56,332 bases of DNA from an uncultured Lachnospiraceae bacterium. GTDB taxonomy: Bacteria > Bacillota > Clostridia > Lachnospirales > Lachnospiraceae. Position 1 is the first letter of the stretch, and each line of letters opens with the position of its first letter. The notes under the pieces are model-generated. The model worked only from the letters and a program-made list of their open reading frames with translations, did not search any database and was not told the origin of the DNA. Location of the stretch: the NCBI GenBank assembly GCA_947589455.1, contig CANQCD010000001.1, forward strand, positions 1 through 56,332, written 5' to 3'. Of the stretch, positions 19,676-30,398 are shown piece by piece. Position numbers and translations under genes: made by a program.

Positions 19676-21973
19676 ATGGCTCAGGCAGGGTATTCTGATG
19701 AGCAGCTGTTTGAGATTGGGAAAAATAATTTTGAACGTCTCGCGCTGCACTGTCAGACTTTAGAAGTTTCGGGATTCTGGGAACAGGCAAGAAGCGTCAT
19801 GAAAAAATCCAGTACGGAAATGTTGGATACTTATGTACAGTCAGTATTGATGAAACTGGCGGTCGATTGTCAGAACGTCCTGGACAGCCAGTTAGAATTT
19901 ATCCGGACCGTGACGATTTCCAATCCGCTAAATATCCATCCCGGCATGGAGCTTGGCGGCGAGGCGGGAAAGGAAGCGGAAAAATTATTTAAACTGCCTC
20001 CTGTTTTGATCCAGCTGTGCAGTTTATATGATAAAGAGAAAAAAGATGATATCACAGAGTATTTTGTAGATGCGTTGTTAAATATCCTGTTGTGCATGAC
20101 TTATCTCAATGAGGGGAAAAATGCGCAGGTGGATGCGTTTATCAGGCAGTATTACAGTAAGATTTGTTGTTTTGTCGGGGGACGGAGCCAGGCAGAACAT
20201 GCAAAATATATAGAGAGAAAGCTTGGGAGTGTGGAAATTGTCTGCCATGTAGAGAAAAAAGCGCCGCCAAAGAAAGAGACAGTCCGTGAGATGGAACAGG
20301 CGGTGGACAGGATTTCCGGTCAATTAAAAAATGCGGCAAAGAAAGCCTCTGGAAATAGCAAAAATCTGCAGACAAAAGAGGCGGAGGGACGTCAGCAGGA
20401 CAGCGGGGCGCAGCCAGAGGAAACACTGACGGCGCAGGAACGCCATGAGCCTAAGATTGTCAGAGTGCGAACCAAAAAGCAAAAGAAAACGGCGAAGAGA
20501 TCAAAAATTTCTGGTTTAGAACAGAAAAAAGCAGTATCGGAGAAAGAAAATGCCGTTTGGGAAACGGTAGAACATACAAAGAAAGAAGCGGCAAAAAGAG
20601 AGGAAGAGACGTCTGCCGTTCTGTCAGAGAGAGAGGCATCGCAAGAAGAGAAGTCTGCTGTCCGGTCAGAGAGAGAGGCGACACAAGACGAGACATCTGC
20701 TGTCCTGCCAGAGAGAGAGGCGACACAAGACGAGACATCTGCTGTCCTGCCAGAGAGAGAGGCGACACAAGGAGAGGCGTCTGCAATCCGACCAGAGCAA
20801 GAGGCGTCGCAAGACGAGACGTCTGCGATCCTGCCAGAGCGAGAGACGTCGCAAGACGAGACGTCTGCGATCCTGCCAGAGCGAGAGACGGTACAAAAAA
20901 AGAAGAAAAAATCCGCTGATAAAACGGAAAAAGGCGCTGGAGTTCGGCCAAAGGAGAAAATAACTCCCGGAGCGGAAAACAGGATTGTCGATAAAGCAGC
21001 TGCAGAAAAGGTGAGAAGGGAAGCGGCTGTCAACGCGCGGAAAGAGGCTGCTGCAAGAGCGCGGGAGGCTGCAGTCCGGGCAAAGGAACAGGAAGAGCGG
21101 GAGCAGGAATTAGCCAAACAGCAGTTTTTGCTGGTGAAAAAAAGGATCCAGGACCGGGAACTGGAAGCAGAGCGGGTCAAGGAGGAAAAAATCGGCAAGC
21201 TGGTAGGGCTTGCCAATGTCAAAGAAGAAATCCAGTCTTTGATCAATCTGATCAAGATAAGGAAACTGCGCCAGCAGATGAATCTTCCCGAGATGGATAT
21301 GTCGTATCACATGGTATTTACAGGGAGTCCGGGTACTGGCAAGACGACGGTTGCAAGGCTGGTGGCTAAAATCTATAAAGAGCTTGGGATTTTGTCAGAC
21401 GGCAAGCTGGTTGAGACAGACCGCTCCGGCCTAGTGGCAGGTTATGTAGGGCAGACTGCGATCAAGGTTCATGAAATTGTGGAACAGGCTTTGGGCGGCG
21501 TACTTTTTATCGACGAGGCATATTCCCTGACCAATCCGGATATACCGAACGATTTTGGCGGGGAGGCAGTAGATACGTTGGTCAAGCTGATGGAGGATCA
21601 CCGTGACGATCTGGTGGTCATTGTTGCCGGGTATACCAGGGAGATGAAAGAATTTTTAAAGAGTAATACTGGCCTGATATCGCGGTTTAACAAATTTATT
21701 GATTTTCCGGATTACAGCGACAGCGAGCTTGTGGCTATCATGGAAGTCATGGCGCAGAACGCCGGGCTGCAGATTGATGACAAGGCAAAAGAAAAGGTGC
21801 GGCACATTCTTGCAGAAAAAGGAAAAGCAGAGAAACAGGAATTTGGAAATGCAAGAGGGATACGCAATCTTTTTGAGAAATTAGTGATCAATCAGGCAAA
21901 CCGTCTGGTTATGATCAGCAATCCGACCGAGGAAGATTTGCGGATGATCCATGAAGAAGACGTTGTGGTTTGA
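19676..21973 (+). CDS. SpoVK/CbxX-family AAA+ ATPase with a long N-terminal domain and charged repeat linker
   Basis: HMVFTGSPGTGKTTVAR, LVAGYVGQTA, GGVLFIDEAYSL, FGNARGIRN; start MAQAG behind AGGAGG. Confidence 0.88.
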   Translation: MAQAGYSDEQLFEIGKNNFERLALHCQTLEVSGFWEQARSVMKKSSTEMLDTYVQSVLMKLAVDCQNVLDSQLEFIRTVTISNPLNIHPGMELGGEAGKEAEKLFKLPPVLIQLCSLYDKEKKDDITEYFVDALLNILLCMTYLNEGKNAQVDAFIRQYYSKICCFVGGRSQAEHAKYIERKLGSVEIVCHVEKKAPPKKETVREMEQAVDRISGQLKNAAKKASGNSKNLQTKEAEGRQQDSGAQPEETLTAQERHEPKIVRVRTKKQKKTAKRSKISGLEQKKAVSEKENAVWETVEHTKKEAAKREEETSAVLSEREASQEEKSAVRSEREATQDETSAVLPEREATQDETSAVLPEREATQGEASAIRPEQEASQDETSAILPERETSQDETSAILPERETVQKKKKKSADKTEKGAGVRPKEKITPGAENRIVDKAAAEKVRREAAVNARKEAAARAREAAVRAKEQEEREQELAKQQFLLVKKRIQDRELEAERVKEEKIGKLVGLANVKEEIQSLINLIKIRKLRQQMNLPEMDMSYHMVFTGSPGTGKTTVARLVAKIYKELGILSDGKLVETDRSGLVAGYVGQTAIKVHEIVEQALGGVLFIDEAYSLTNPDIPNDFGGEAVDTLVKLMEDHRDDLVVIVAGYTREMKEFLKSNTGLISRFNKFIDFPDYSDSELVAIMEVMAQNAGLQIDDKAKEKVRHILAEKGKAEKQEFGNARGIRNLFEKLVINQANRLVMISNPTEEDLRMIHEEDVVV
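20600..20890 (+). repeat. In-frame 42-bp tandem repeat (~7 copies, EATQDETSAVLPER)
   Basis: Direct reading. Confidence 0.9.
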
Positions 21974-22030
21974 CCGAAAATGAGGAATGTGCTACAATGT
22001 CTTGGTATATGAATACAATGTGAGGTAGAG

Positions 22031-22600
22031 ATGAGAGTAATTGCTGGTTCTGCAAGGCGGAGAAGCCTGATATGTCCGGCGGGGAATCATACCCGTCCCA
22101 CGACAGACCGCATTAAGGAAACCCTGTTTAACATATTGTCAGGGGAACTTTATGATATCCGTTTTTTAGATCTGTTCAGCGGAAGCGGAGGGATTGGGAT
22201 TGAGGCGTTGAGCCGCGGCGGCAGGGAGTGTGTCTTTGTGGAGAAAGACCGCGAAGCGCTCCGCTGTATCAGGGAAAATATCAGCCGCACAGGATTTGAG
22301 GACAAATCGCACGTTATGGCGATGGATGTGATGCGGGCGCTGGGAAAGCTGGAAGCGTTTGGACAGCCCTTTGAGGTGATTTTTATGGATCCTCCCTACC
22401 GGCAGGGATGGGAGGAGAAGATCGTATCCTTTCTGCTGACGTCTTCCCTGGTGAGAGAGGACACGCTTTTGGTGATTGAAACTGCGCTGGACACAGATGT
22501 TTCCTATATGCGGGAACTGACCGGGTGTCAGGTAGAGCGCATTAAGGAATATAAAACAAACCGTCATGTTTTTTTGCGGGTTGTGCGGCAGGAGGCGTGA
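22031..22600 (+). CDS. rsmD: 16S rRNA m2G966 methyltransferase
   Basis: MRVIAG..TRPTTDRIKETLFN, LDLFSGSG, FMDPPY. Confidence 0.95.
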   Translation: MRVIAGSARRRSLICPAGNHTRPTTDRIKETLFNILSGELYDIRFLDLFSGSGGIGIEALSRGGRECVFVEKDREALRCIRENISRTGFEDKSHVMAMDVMRALGKLEAFGQPFEVIFMDPPYRQGWEEKIVSFLLTSSLVREDTLLVIETALDTDVSYMRELTGCQVERIKEYKTNRHVFLRVVRQEA

Positions 22601-22606
22601 TTCTAT

Positions 22607-23083
22607 ATGAGAACAGCAGTTTTTCCGGGGAGTTTCGATCCGGTCACGGCCGGTCATATGGATTTGATCGTACGCAGTGCGGGCATGTTTGATAAGCTGG
22701 TGTTAAGCGTATTGGTAAATCCGGGGAAAAATCCTCTTTTTTCACTGGAAGAGCGAGTGGATATGCTAAAGGAATTGACGGAAGGGCTTTGCAATGTGTC
22801 AGTCCGGTCGTTTACCGGGCTTTTGGCAGATTTTGCAGAAAAGGAGCAGGCCGACGTCATTGTCCGCGGGCTGCGGACGCCGGAGGATTTTGCGTATGAG
22901 CTGCCGCTGGCGCAGGCAAACAGGAGACTGAATCAGCGAGCCGACACGGTGTTTCTTGCAACCGCTCCGGAGTATTCTTATATCAGCTCAAGCGGAGTGA
23001 AAGAAATCTATCGGTTTGGGGGCAGCGTAGAGGGAATGGTTCCCGATCTGGTGTATCAGAGATTATGCGAAAAAAGGCGATAG
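22607..23083 (+). CDS. coaD: Pantetheine-phosphate adenylyltransferase
   Basis: FPGSFDPVTAGH, VRGLR, ISSSGVKE. Confidence 0.96.
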   Translation: MRTAVFPGSFDPVTAGHMDLIVRSAGMFDKLVLSVLVNPGKNPLFSLEERVDMLKELTEGLCNVSVRSFTGLLADFAEKEQADVIVRGLRTPEDFAYELPLAQANRRLNQRADTVFLATAPEYSYISSSGVKEIYRFGGSVEGMVPDLVYQRLCEKRR

Positions 23084-23164
23084 CGGGCGGTGTTAAAAAG
23101 CGTTGCGCATAGCCGGAAAGTAACAGAGGGCAGCGAAAGAAGATCATTCACACAGGAGGTACAT

Positions 23165-23803
23165 ATGGATAGTAAGATAGAACAGGGAATAGAAGACATT
23201 TATGGCTTTATTGAGAGCTGTAAAATGCAAAGCTTCTCTTCGACTAAGGTGATTGTTCCGAAAAATGATTTATATGATTTGCTGGATGACCTTCGGAGAG
23301 ATGTTCCGACAGAATTAAAAAGATTCCGAAAGATCTTAAACCAGAGGGACGCCATTATCGAAGATGCGGAAAAACGCGCAGCGGAAATCCTTGCCGATGC
23401 GAAAAAGCAGTATAGTGCGATGATTGAGGAACACAGTATTATGCAGGAGGCATACCAGCAGGCGGAGATTACGGTGCAGCAGGCAAATGAGCGCGCGGAG
23501 GCGATCGTGGAACATGCCAGGGAACAGGCGAACGAGATTGCAAACGGCGCACTGTATTATACGGCAGATATGATGGATATGGCAGAAAAAGTGATTCAGA
23601 ATGCCTATGAGAGTGTAACGAACAATGCGAATGCGTTAGAGGTTGCGCTGAGCGGCCATTTGAATATTATTCGTCAGAACAGGGCGGAATTGGCGCTTCC
23701 AAACGACGACGGCGCTAAACAGCCGGCGCAGAAGAATGTTTCGCGCAAACAGGAAGCCGCACGGGAACGCTACGAGGGAGAATATGCAGAGGAAAAGAAG
23801 TAA
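23165..23803 (+). CDS. Coiled-coil protein (DivIVA/ATP-synthase-b-like) typical downstream of coaD in Clostridia
   Basis: RBS AGGAGG; RDAIIEDAEKRAAEILADAK...ARE QA coiled-coil pattern; synteny. Confidence 0.7.
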   Translation: MDSKIEQGIEDIYGFIESCKMQSFSSTKVIVPKNDLYDLLDDLRRDVPTELKRFRKILNQRDAIIEDAEKRAAEILADAKKQYSAMIEEHSIMQEAYQQAEITVQQANERAEAIVEHAREQANEIANGALYYTADMMDMAEKVIQNAYESVTNNANALEVALSGHLNIIRQNRAELALPNDDGAKQPAQKNVSRKQEAARERYEGEYAEEKK

Positions 23804-23824
23804 TCTGCTGTAAGGAGGATTCCT

Positions 23825-24586
23825 ATGAATACCAAAAATGATGTAGAAGTTGTGATCAATGGAAAGCAGTATACGATCTGCGGGTATGAAAGCAGTGTTT
23901 ATCTGCAGAAAATAGCTTCTCATATTAATGATAAATATGCAGAATTTAAGGAGATGAGCGGATATAAACGTCTGGATGCAGACATGAAGAATATCATGCT
24001 TGCCATTAATCTTGCCGACGACTTCTATAAGGCGCAGGAAACAGTAGAGGAACTCCGGAAAGAGCGTGAAGAACTTGAAAAAGAAATCTTTGATATGAAG
24101 CATGATATGATTGCGATGAAAACACAGATAGATGAAAAAGAAAAAGAACTTGAGAAAAAGGATGCCTCTATGGAGGCGCTTGATCAGGAGAAAACAGAGG
24201 CTCAGCATGAAGTAATCCGTTTGGAAACCGAATTAAAAAATGCATCTGTCCGTCAGGAAGAGAGCAGCCTGCAGGATGGCAGCGCCGTTCAGGAAGAGGG
24301 CAGTTCGCAGGATGGCAGCGCCAGTCAGGAAGAGGGCAGTTCGCAGGATGGCAGCGCCAGTCAGAAAGAGAGCAGTCCGCAGGATAGCAGCGCCGTTCAG
24401 AAAGAGAGCAGTTCGCAGGATGGCAGCGCCGTTCAGAAAGAGAGCAGTCCGCAGGATGGCAGCGCCGTTCAGGAGAAGGGCAGCCTGCAAGGCGGCGGCA
24501 GCCAGCCAAATAGCAATTTGGAGCGGACAGGGAATCAACAGAAAAGCGGAAACCATCGGAAAAATGGCAGCCGCAAAAAAAGATGA
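23825..24586 (+). CDS. zapA: Cell division protein ZapA with a coiled-coil and repeat extension
   Basis: VEVVINGKQYTICG.ES..YLQKIASHIN..MLAINLADD. Confidence 0.85.
   Translation: MNTKNDVEVVINGKQYTICGYESSVYLQKIASHINDKYAEFKEMSGYKRLDADMKNIMLAINLADDFYKAQETVEELRKEREELEKEIFDMKHDMIAMKTQIDEKEKELEKKDASMEALDQEKTEAQHEVIRLETELKNASVRQEESSLQDGSAVQEEGSSQDGSASQEEGSSQDGSASQKESSPQDSSAVQKESSSQDGSAVQKESSPQDGSAVQEKGSLQGGGSQPNSNLERTGNQQKSGNHRKNGSRKKR
24254..24500 (+). repeat. In-frame 36-bp tandem repeat (~7 copies, QKESSPQDGSAV)
   Basis: Direct reading. Confidence 0.9.
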
Positions 24587-24703
24587 GATAGCAATGTTCG
24601 GAATAAAACGATACAAAGGGATGCGGATATGCGTCCCTTTCCTTTCTGTATAGGGAATCTGCTTTTGGGATGGTTCTGCAAAGAGATCACATGGAGGCTG
24701 GAA

Positions 24704-27199
24704 ATGGAGAAAAAACCGGAAATCTTAGCGCCTGTCGGCTCAGAAGATGGCTTAAAAGCTGTGATCGCCGCCGGCTGTGATGCTGTTTATATTGGCGGCG
24801 TCCGGTTTGGGGCGCGGGCGTATGCTGACAATTTTTCGGAAGAAAAGCTGTGCGAGGCGATTCGCTTTTGCCATCTTCATGGCGTGAAGCTGTATCTGAC
24901 GGTAAATACCCTGTTAAAGGAAAGGGAGATCGACCAGCTTGCCGGATATCTTGCTCCGTACTACAGGGAGGGGCTGGACGCCGTTATTGTGCAGGATATG
25001 GGGGCGCTTCGCTTGATCAGCAGGCATTTTCCGGATCTGGCGATACATGCCAGCACGCAGATGGCGCTGACAATGGGAGCCGGCATGAAACGGTTGGAGC
25101 CGTATCATGTGAAACGGCTGGTACCGGCAAGGGAGCTGACGCTGCAGGAGTTAAGGACGCTGCGGCAGGATACGCAGGCTGAGATTGAAGTGTTTGTGCA
25201 TGGCGCGCTCTGCTATTGCTATTCTGGACAGTGCTTGTTTAGCAGCATGGCCGGAGAACGGAGTGGCAACAGGGGACGGTGTGCGCAGCCATGCCGTATG
25301 CCATACCAGTTAGAGGGCGGGGACGCCTCTGCCGGAAAATATCTGTTAAGCCCCAAAGAATTGTCAAATCTGCCGTATCTGGGAGAGTTGATAGAGGCGG
25401 GAGTTGATTCCCTAAAGATTGAAGGGAGGATGAAGCGTCCGGAATATGCGGCGTTTCTTACAGCGCTTTTCCGCAAGTATGTTGATCTCTATGCTTCCCT
25501 GGGAAAAGAGGCGTATCAGGGCTATATCGAAAAGAATCGCAAAGAGTGGGAGGAGGATTGGAGAAAAGCGGCAGAACTGTATAACAGGAATGGTTTTACA
25601 CAGGGGTATCTGGAAGGGATGAGCGGTTCGGCGGCGGACAGGGCTCCCGGACAGAAAAAGACTATGCTTTCTGCCCAGCGGCCAAAGCATGGCGGCGTGC
25701 TGGTGGGAACGGTGACAGCAGTGAACTCACATCAGGCCACATATCGCGCATTAAAAGATTTGTCAGCCCAGGATGTGGTGGAATTTCGCGACAGCCAGAT
25801 GCAGCCGGTTTATGAATATACATTAGGAAGCCCGGTGCGTGCCGGGGAAAATGTGACGGCGCGTTATCAAAAGGGCTGCAAGATCCACATCGGAGACAGC
25901 TTATACCGCACAAAGGACGCCGCTTTGCTCGAAGAGATCAGAGAGGATTATTTCAGCGAGCCGCCGCAGGCTGAAGTGAGCGGGATATTTCGGGCGAAAG
26001 AGGGGCAGGCTGCCTGTCTGTCGCTGAAGTTGGGAGACGTCTGTACGGAGACATGGGGAGACGTCTGTCAGGCCGCAAAGAGTCAGCCAACTGCGGCAGA
26101 GACTGTCAGGAAGGCGCTCTGCCAGACGGGAACTGCTTTGTTTTCTTTTGGTAAATTGGAGATCGCTATCGGCGGTTCCCCTTTTTTGCCGGTCGGCGCA
26201 CTGAAAAAGTTGCGGAGGCAGGCGTTTGCAGATCTGGAAGAGAAAATAGCAAAGAAATATCAGAGGAATGGGACAGGCGGCGCCGTGCCGGGAGAAAGCA
26301 GCAGAGACGGGGAAGATCAGAACGAAAGACAGAACGGGACGCAGGGGAGCGAGGTGGAAAATCCCGCCAGAGCAGAATCCCATCCAGAACCACGTCAGTC
26401 TACAGTTTCTGCTTCTGTCATGGATCTGCGCCAGCTGAGGGCGGTTTTGGAACGGCCGGAAATCTGCCGTATTTATCTACAGACAGAAATCTTATCCTTT
26501 GATGAGATAGGCGAGGCGTTTCGATTGGCTAAACAGGCGGGGTTGCAGGTATGGCTGGTGATGCCGCGCATATTCCGCGCCAGGGTATGGCAGGGGTTTG
26601 AACAGGAATATTTTGGGAAAAACCGTTTATTTTCGCTGGAATGGGATGGCTTTTTAGTAAAAAACCAGGAAAGTTTGTCTTTTCTGGCAGATGTGGTACA
26701 ATCAGATAGCAGGAAAATCCGGCTGGACTCTGAGATGTATGTGATGAACAGGGAAGCAGTTTCATTCTGGCGGGAGCAGGGGATTGCTTTATATACGCTG
26801 CCGTTTGAAGAGACAGAGCGAGAGCTGCTTTCTTTTGTATCGCCGTGCCAGGCAGAGTTAGTGGTCTATGGAAGGCTGGCGCTGATGGTCTCTGCGCAAT
26901 GCATTCAGGCAAACTTGTATGGATGTGCCTTTGACCGACCGGAAAAATGGGCAAAGAGCCATATTTTTTATGGCAGAGGGCGGGAAGAATATCAGGATGT
27001 CAATTATTGTAAATACTGTTATAATGTTATTTATCAGACATCTCCGCTGGATATCAGGGAATGCCTGGAGAGAGAGGCGGCTGCGGGGATGGATATGCGG
27101 TATTCTTTTACAACGGAGACTGCGGCGCAGGTGCGGGAAGTTTTAGGGGGAGGAGTAAGAAATGCGCACAGGGGGCATTTTGAAAGGGGAGTCCGGTAG
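24704..27199 (+). CDS. U32 peptidase-family protein with DUF3656 (RlhA-like RNA hydroxylation family)
   Basis: PEILAPVGS, HASTQM, FVHGALCYCYSGQC, NRGRCAQPCR, SLKIEGRMK, GHFERGV. Confidence 0.9.
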   Translation: MEKKPEILAPVGSEDGLKAVIAAGCDAVYIGGVRFGARAYADNFSEEKLCEAIRFCHLHGVKLYLTVNTLLKEREIDQLAGYLAPYYREGLDAVIVQDMGALRLISRHFPDLAIHASTQMALTMGAGMKRLEPYHVKRLVPARELTLQELRTLRQDTQAEIEVFVHGALCYCYSGQCLFSSMAGERSGNRGRCAQPCRMPYQLEGGDASAGKYLLSPKELSNLPYLGELIEAGVDSLKIEGRMKRPEYAAFLTALFRKYVDLYASLGKEAYQGYIEKNRKEWEEDWRKAAELYNRNGFTQGYLEGMSGSAADRAPGQKKTMLSAQRPKHGGVLVGTVTAVNSHQATYRALKDLSAQDVVEFRDSQMQPVYEYTLGSPVRAGENVTARYQKGCKIHIGDSLYRTKDAALLEEIREDYFSEPPQAEVSGIFRAKEGQAACLSLKLGDVCTETWGDVCQAAKSQPTAAETVRKALCQTGTALFSFGKLEIAIGGSPFLPVGALKKLRRQAFADLEEKIAKKYQRNGTGGAVPGESSRDGEDQNERQNGTQGSEVENPARAESHPEPRQSTVSASVMDLRQLRAVLERPEICRIYLQTEILSFDEIGEAFRLAKQAGLQVWLVMPRIFRARVWQGFEQEYFGKNRLFSLEWDGFLVKNQESLSFLADVVQSDSRKIRLDSEMYVMNREAVSFWREQGIALYTLPFEETERELLSFVSPCQAELVVYGRLALMVSAQCIQANLYGCAFDRPEKWAKSHIFYGRGREEYQDVNYCKYCYNVIYQTSPLDIRECLEREAAAGMDMRYSFTTETAAQVREVLGGGVRNAHRGHFERGVR

Positions 27200-27271
27200 C
27201 GGGCGCTTGCTATGTTTCAATGCCGGCGCGGCGGTTTTGAGTGGAAATACGAAAGGGAAGTTGGAAAATTT

Positions 27272-28774
27272 ATGGACAAAATTGAAGCGGCAAATAAGCT
27301 GATTGCCTTTTTCGGTGATTCGGCGGGGGTTAGGATCATTCATTCTATTCTAGTTGAATCATCCAAATATATTATTATCATCTTGTTTGCAATTTACACC
27401 TGGCGCTGTTTTTCCATGTTTGTGGGGAAAGACCAGGAAAAAAAGGATAAAATATATCGCAGACAGAACCAGATTATGTATCTCATTCATTTTATCTGTG
27501 CGCTGGTGCTGTTTTTAAACAGTCTGGATATCAAGATCATATTGTTATATCTGGCACAGGCAGTCTTTCTTGTCTTTGTAAACAAGGCGTACTTATATGT
27601 CTATCAGAATGCCTCAAAAATGGTGCTTGGCAATATGTTAATGCTCTTGATGATCGGTTTTGTGATGATAGGGAGGCTGGATTTCTCTTATGCGCTGCGG
27701 CAGCTGGTGTTTGCGGCGGCTATTTGTACTGCGGGACTGTTTATTCCGTTCCTGATTGAAAAATTCGCCTATTTTGACCGGTTTGGGAAGGCATATGCCG
27801 TGTTGGGGCTCATCTTCTTAGCCCTGGTCTTTGTGATAGGGACGTCGAAACACGGAGCAAAAAACTGGATTGTCATCGGTGCATTTGCCCTGCAGCCGTC
27901 CGAGTTTGTCAAGATCATCTATGTCTTTTTTATTGCAGCATTTCTTGCCAGATCGGCAGAATGGAAGGATGTAGTAAAAGCAGCTGCCGTGGCGGGGCTT
28001 CATGTGCTGATCCTGGTTGCGGAAAGGGATCTGGGAGCGGCGTTGATCTATTATATTACTTTTTTGGCGGTTGTCTATGTGGCTAGCCAGCGGCTCTCCT
28101 TTCTCGTGCTTGGGCTTGGAGCGCTGTCGGCTGCTTCTGTTATCGCATGGAAATTATTTCCTCATGTACAAAACAGAGTGATTGCCTGGAGTAATCCCTG
28201 GGGAGAAAATATTACCGGACCGGGCTATCAGATTGCGCAGTCGCTGTTTGCGATCGGCACGGGTTCCTGGTTTGGCATGGGGCTGGGGGAAGGGCTCCCA
28301 GAAAGGATACCGATTGCGGAGAGTGATTTTATCTTTTCGGCAATCAGCGAGGAGTTAGGGGCGTTTTTTGCGATTTGTCTGATTCTGGTAGAGATAAGCT
28401 GTTTTGTAATGTTTGTCAATATTGCCTTAAAGATGACAAAACGCTTTTACAAGCTGACAGCGCTGGGGCTTGCGGTAGAATATATTTTTCAGGTATTTTT
28501 GACGATTGGCGGTGTGACAAAATTTATTCCGTCTACTGGCGTGACGCTGCCGCTGGTAAGCTATGGCGGAAGTTCTGTTATCAGCACGATCACACTGTTT
28601 TGCATAATACAGGGGATGTATGTATTAAATGACCAGGAGGAGGAAGATGGCGAGACAACAAAGAAACAGGGAAATCGAGAGAGAGCAAACCGGCAGGGGA
28701 GCGGCAAGAAGGCGGCGGGAAGAGCAGCTGCGGGAAGAAAGGCGTATCCAAAGACAGAACCGGCGAGGAAATAA
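27272..28774 (+). CDS. FtsW/RodA/SpoVE (SEDS) family protein
   Basis: GAKNWI, LQPSEFVK, RDLGAA, GYQIAQSLFAIG, ESDFIFS, TGVTLPLVSYGGSS; start uncertain. Confidence 0.92.
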   Translation: MDKIEAANKLIAFFGDSAGVRIIHSILVESSKYIIIILFAIYTWRCFSMFVGKDQEKKDKIYRRQNQIMYLIHFICALVLFLNSLDIKIILLYLAQAVFLVFVNKAYLYVYQNASKMVLGNMLMLLMIGFVMIGRLDFSYALRQLVFAAAICTAGLFIPFLIEKFAYFDRFGKAYAVLGLIFLALVFVIGTSKHGAKNWIVIGAFALQPSEFVKIIYVFFIAAFLARSAEWKDVVKAAAVAGLHVLILVAERDLGAALIYYITFLAVVYVASQRLSFLVLGLGALSAASVIAWKLFPHVQNRVIAWSNPWGENITGPGYQIAQSLFAIGTGSWFGMGLGEGLPERIPIAESDFIFSAISEELGAFFAICLILVEISCFVMFVNIALKMTKRFYKLTALGLAVEYIFQVFLTIGGVTKFIPSTGVTLPLVSYGGSSVISTITLFCIIQGMYVLNDQEEEDGETTKKQGNRERANRQGSGKKAAGRAAAGRKAYPKTEPARK

Positions 28775-30164
28775 GCAGATCATGGTATTAACCTATGGGC
28801 TGTCTCTTCTGTTTTTGTGTATGTTGGGATATTTTGTCTGGTTTATGGTAACGCAGAGCGGGGAGATTATCAATAATCCTTATAATAAAAGACAAGATGT
28901 ACTGGCAAAAAAAGTCCGGCGCGGAGAAATCCGCTCGGCAGGCGGTGAAGTCCTTGCCAGGACGGAGACAGATGAGAATGGGAATGATACAAGAGAGTAT
29001 CCCTATGATAAAGTATTCTGCCATGTTGTGGGACGGATAACAAACAGCATGACAGGGATTGAGGGGGATCAGTGTTATCCGCTGCTGACGTCCCATATCA
29101 ATCCATTAGAACAGCTGATCAACACATTCCGCGGAGAAAAAAATCCGGGGGACAATATAGTGACGACATTGGACGCCGGCCTGCAGACAGCGGCATATGA
29201 AGCGCTGGGCGACCACAGAGGCGCCGTTGTTGTGATAGAACCTTCGACAGGTAAGATCCTGGCGATGGTGTCAAAGCCGGCATATGACCCGAACACGGTC
29301 GAAGAGGACTGGGATTCTTTGGTGGAGGATTCCGGGGAAGAGTCAATGCTTTTAAACAGGGCGACGCAGGGGCTGTATCCGCCCGGCTCTACATTTAAAC
29401 TCCTGACTGGGATGGAATATATGATAGAGCATCCCAAAAAATATCAAAATTTTCAATACCAGTGTAAGGGCTCTGATAGTTTTTCGGGAAATGTTATAAA
29501 TTGTTACGACAGAGAAGTTCACGGAACGCTGGATTTAGAGTCGGCGCTGGCAAAGTCTTGTAATGGCGCTTTTGCAAAGATAGGGACTACATTGGATATT
29601 GCTGCTTTTCGGAAATTGACAGAACGGTTCCTGTTTAATAAACCGCTTCCTGTGTCTTTTGAGTATAATAAAAGCCGTTTTTCTCTGGATGAGGATTCCG
29701 ATATGGGAGAGCTGACTCAGACTGTGATGGGGCAGGGAAAGACAATGATCACGCCTTTGGAAAATGCAATGATTGTCGCTGCAATAGCAAATTCAGGGGA
29801 AATGATGGTTCCGTATGTCATTGACCATATCGAAAATGCGGCGGGGCAGACGGTGACAGCGTATTCGCCTAGAAGCAAGGGAAGAATCGTAAAAAAATGG
29901 GTTGCCGAGGGGATGGGGGAGATGATGGAGGCCGTTGTAAAGAGCGGAACAGGGTCTTCGCTACAGGCGCTGCCGTATCCAGTCGCGGGAAAGACCGGTT
30001 CGGCAGAATTTGATTCGGAGGGGACGTCCCATGCCTGGTTTGTGGGTTTTGCACCGGCAGAGAACCCGAAGATTGCCGTGAGTGTCGTGGTGGAGGGCGC
30101 CGGGACGGGAAGCCAGTACGCAGTGCCTGTAGCGCAGCAGGTATTTGGACAATATTGGGAGTGA
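28647..30164 (+). CDS. Class B penicillin-binding transpeptidase (PbpA-like), cognate partner of the SEDS protein
   Basis: YPPGSTFK (SxxK), SCN (SxN), KTGS (KTG), N-terminal TM helix; overlaps the SEDS gene by 128 bp. Confidence 0.92.
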   Translation: MARQQRNREIEREQTGRGAARRRREEQLREERRIQRQNRRGNKQIMVLTYGLSLLFLCMLGYFVWFMVTQSGEIINNPYNKRQDVLAKKVRRGEIRSAGGEVLARTETDENGNDTREYPYDKVFCHVVGRITNSMTGIEGDQCYPLLTSHINPLEQLINTFRGEKNPGDNIVTTLDAGLQTAAYEALGDHRGAVVVIEPSTGKILAMVSKPAYDPNTVEEDWDSLVEDSGEESMLLNRATQGLYPPGSTFKLLTGMEYMIEHPKKYQNFQYQCKGSDSFSGNVINCYDREVHGTLDLESALAKSCNGAFAKIGTTLDIAAFRKLTERFLFNKPLPVSFEYNKSRFSLDEDSDMGELTQTVMGQGKTMITPLENAMIVAAIANSGEMMVPYVIDHIENAAGQTVTAYSPRSKGRIVKKWVAEGMGEMMEAVVKSGTGSSLQALPYPVAGKTGSAEFDSEGTSHAWFVGFAPAENPKIAVSVVVEGAGTGSQYAVPVAQQVFGQYWE

Positions 30165-30398
30165 TGCTGCGTCTTGCGGCGGAATTGATCTAGCGTCCGC
30201 TTTTTGTGCATATTCTGCGCACAAGTGGCGGAATGGCATTTTGGGGTTGGGGAGCAGCTGCTGTACATCAGACCAAAGTGCGAACTGCAATTACATCAGA
30301 CCAAAGTGTGAGTCGCAACTATACGTTGCAAACATCTAAAAAAAATAGTATACTGGTCGTAGTGATGAGACAAGCACACAGGCCAGGGAGGAATTGCA

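Noticed and set aside
28647-28774. 128-bp overlap of the SEDS and PBP genes as a novel dual-coding region
   Set aside because: Both overlapping segments are low-complexity charged tails; overlap of coupled SEDS-bPBP genes is unremarkable
30264-30309. 17-bp direct repeat tacatcagaccaaagtg upstream of NUDIX as an operator
   Set aside because: Looks like another local duplication; no promoter or regulator link evident
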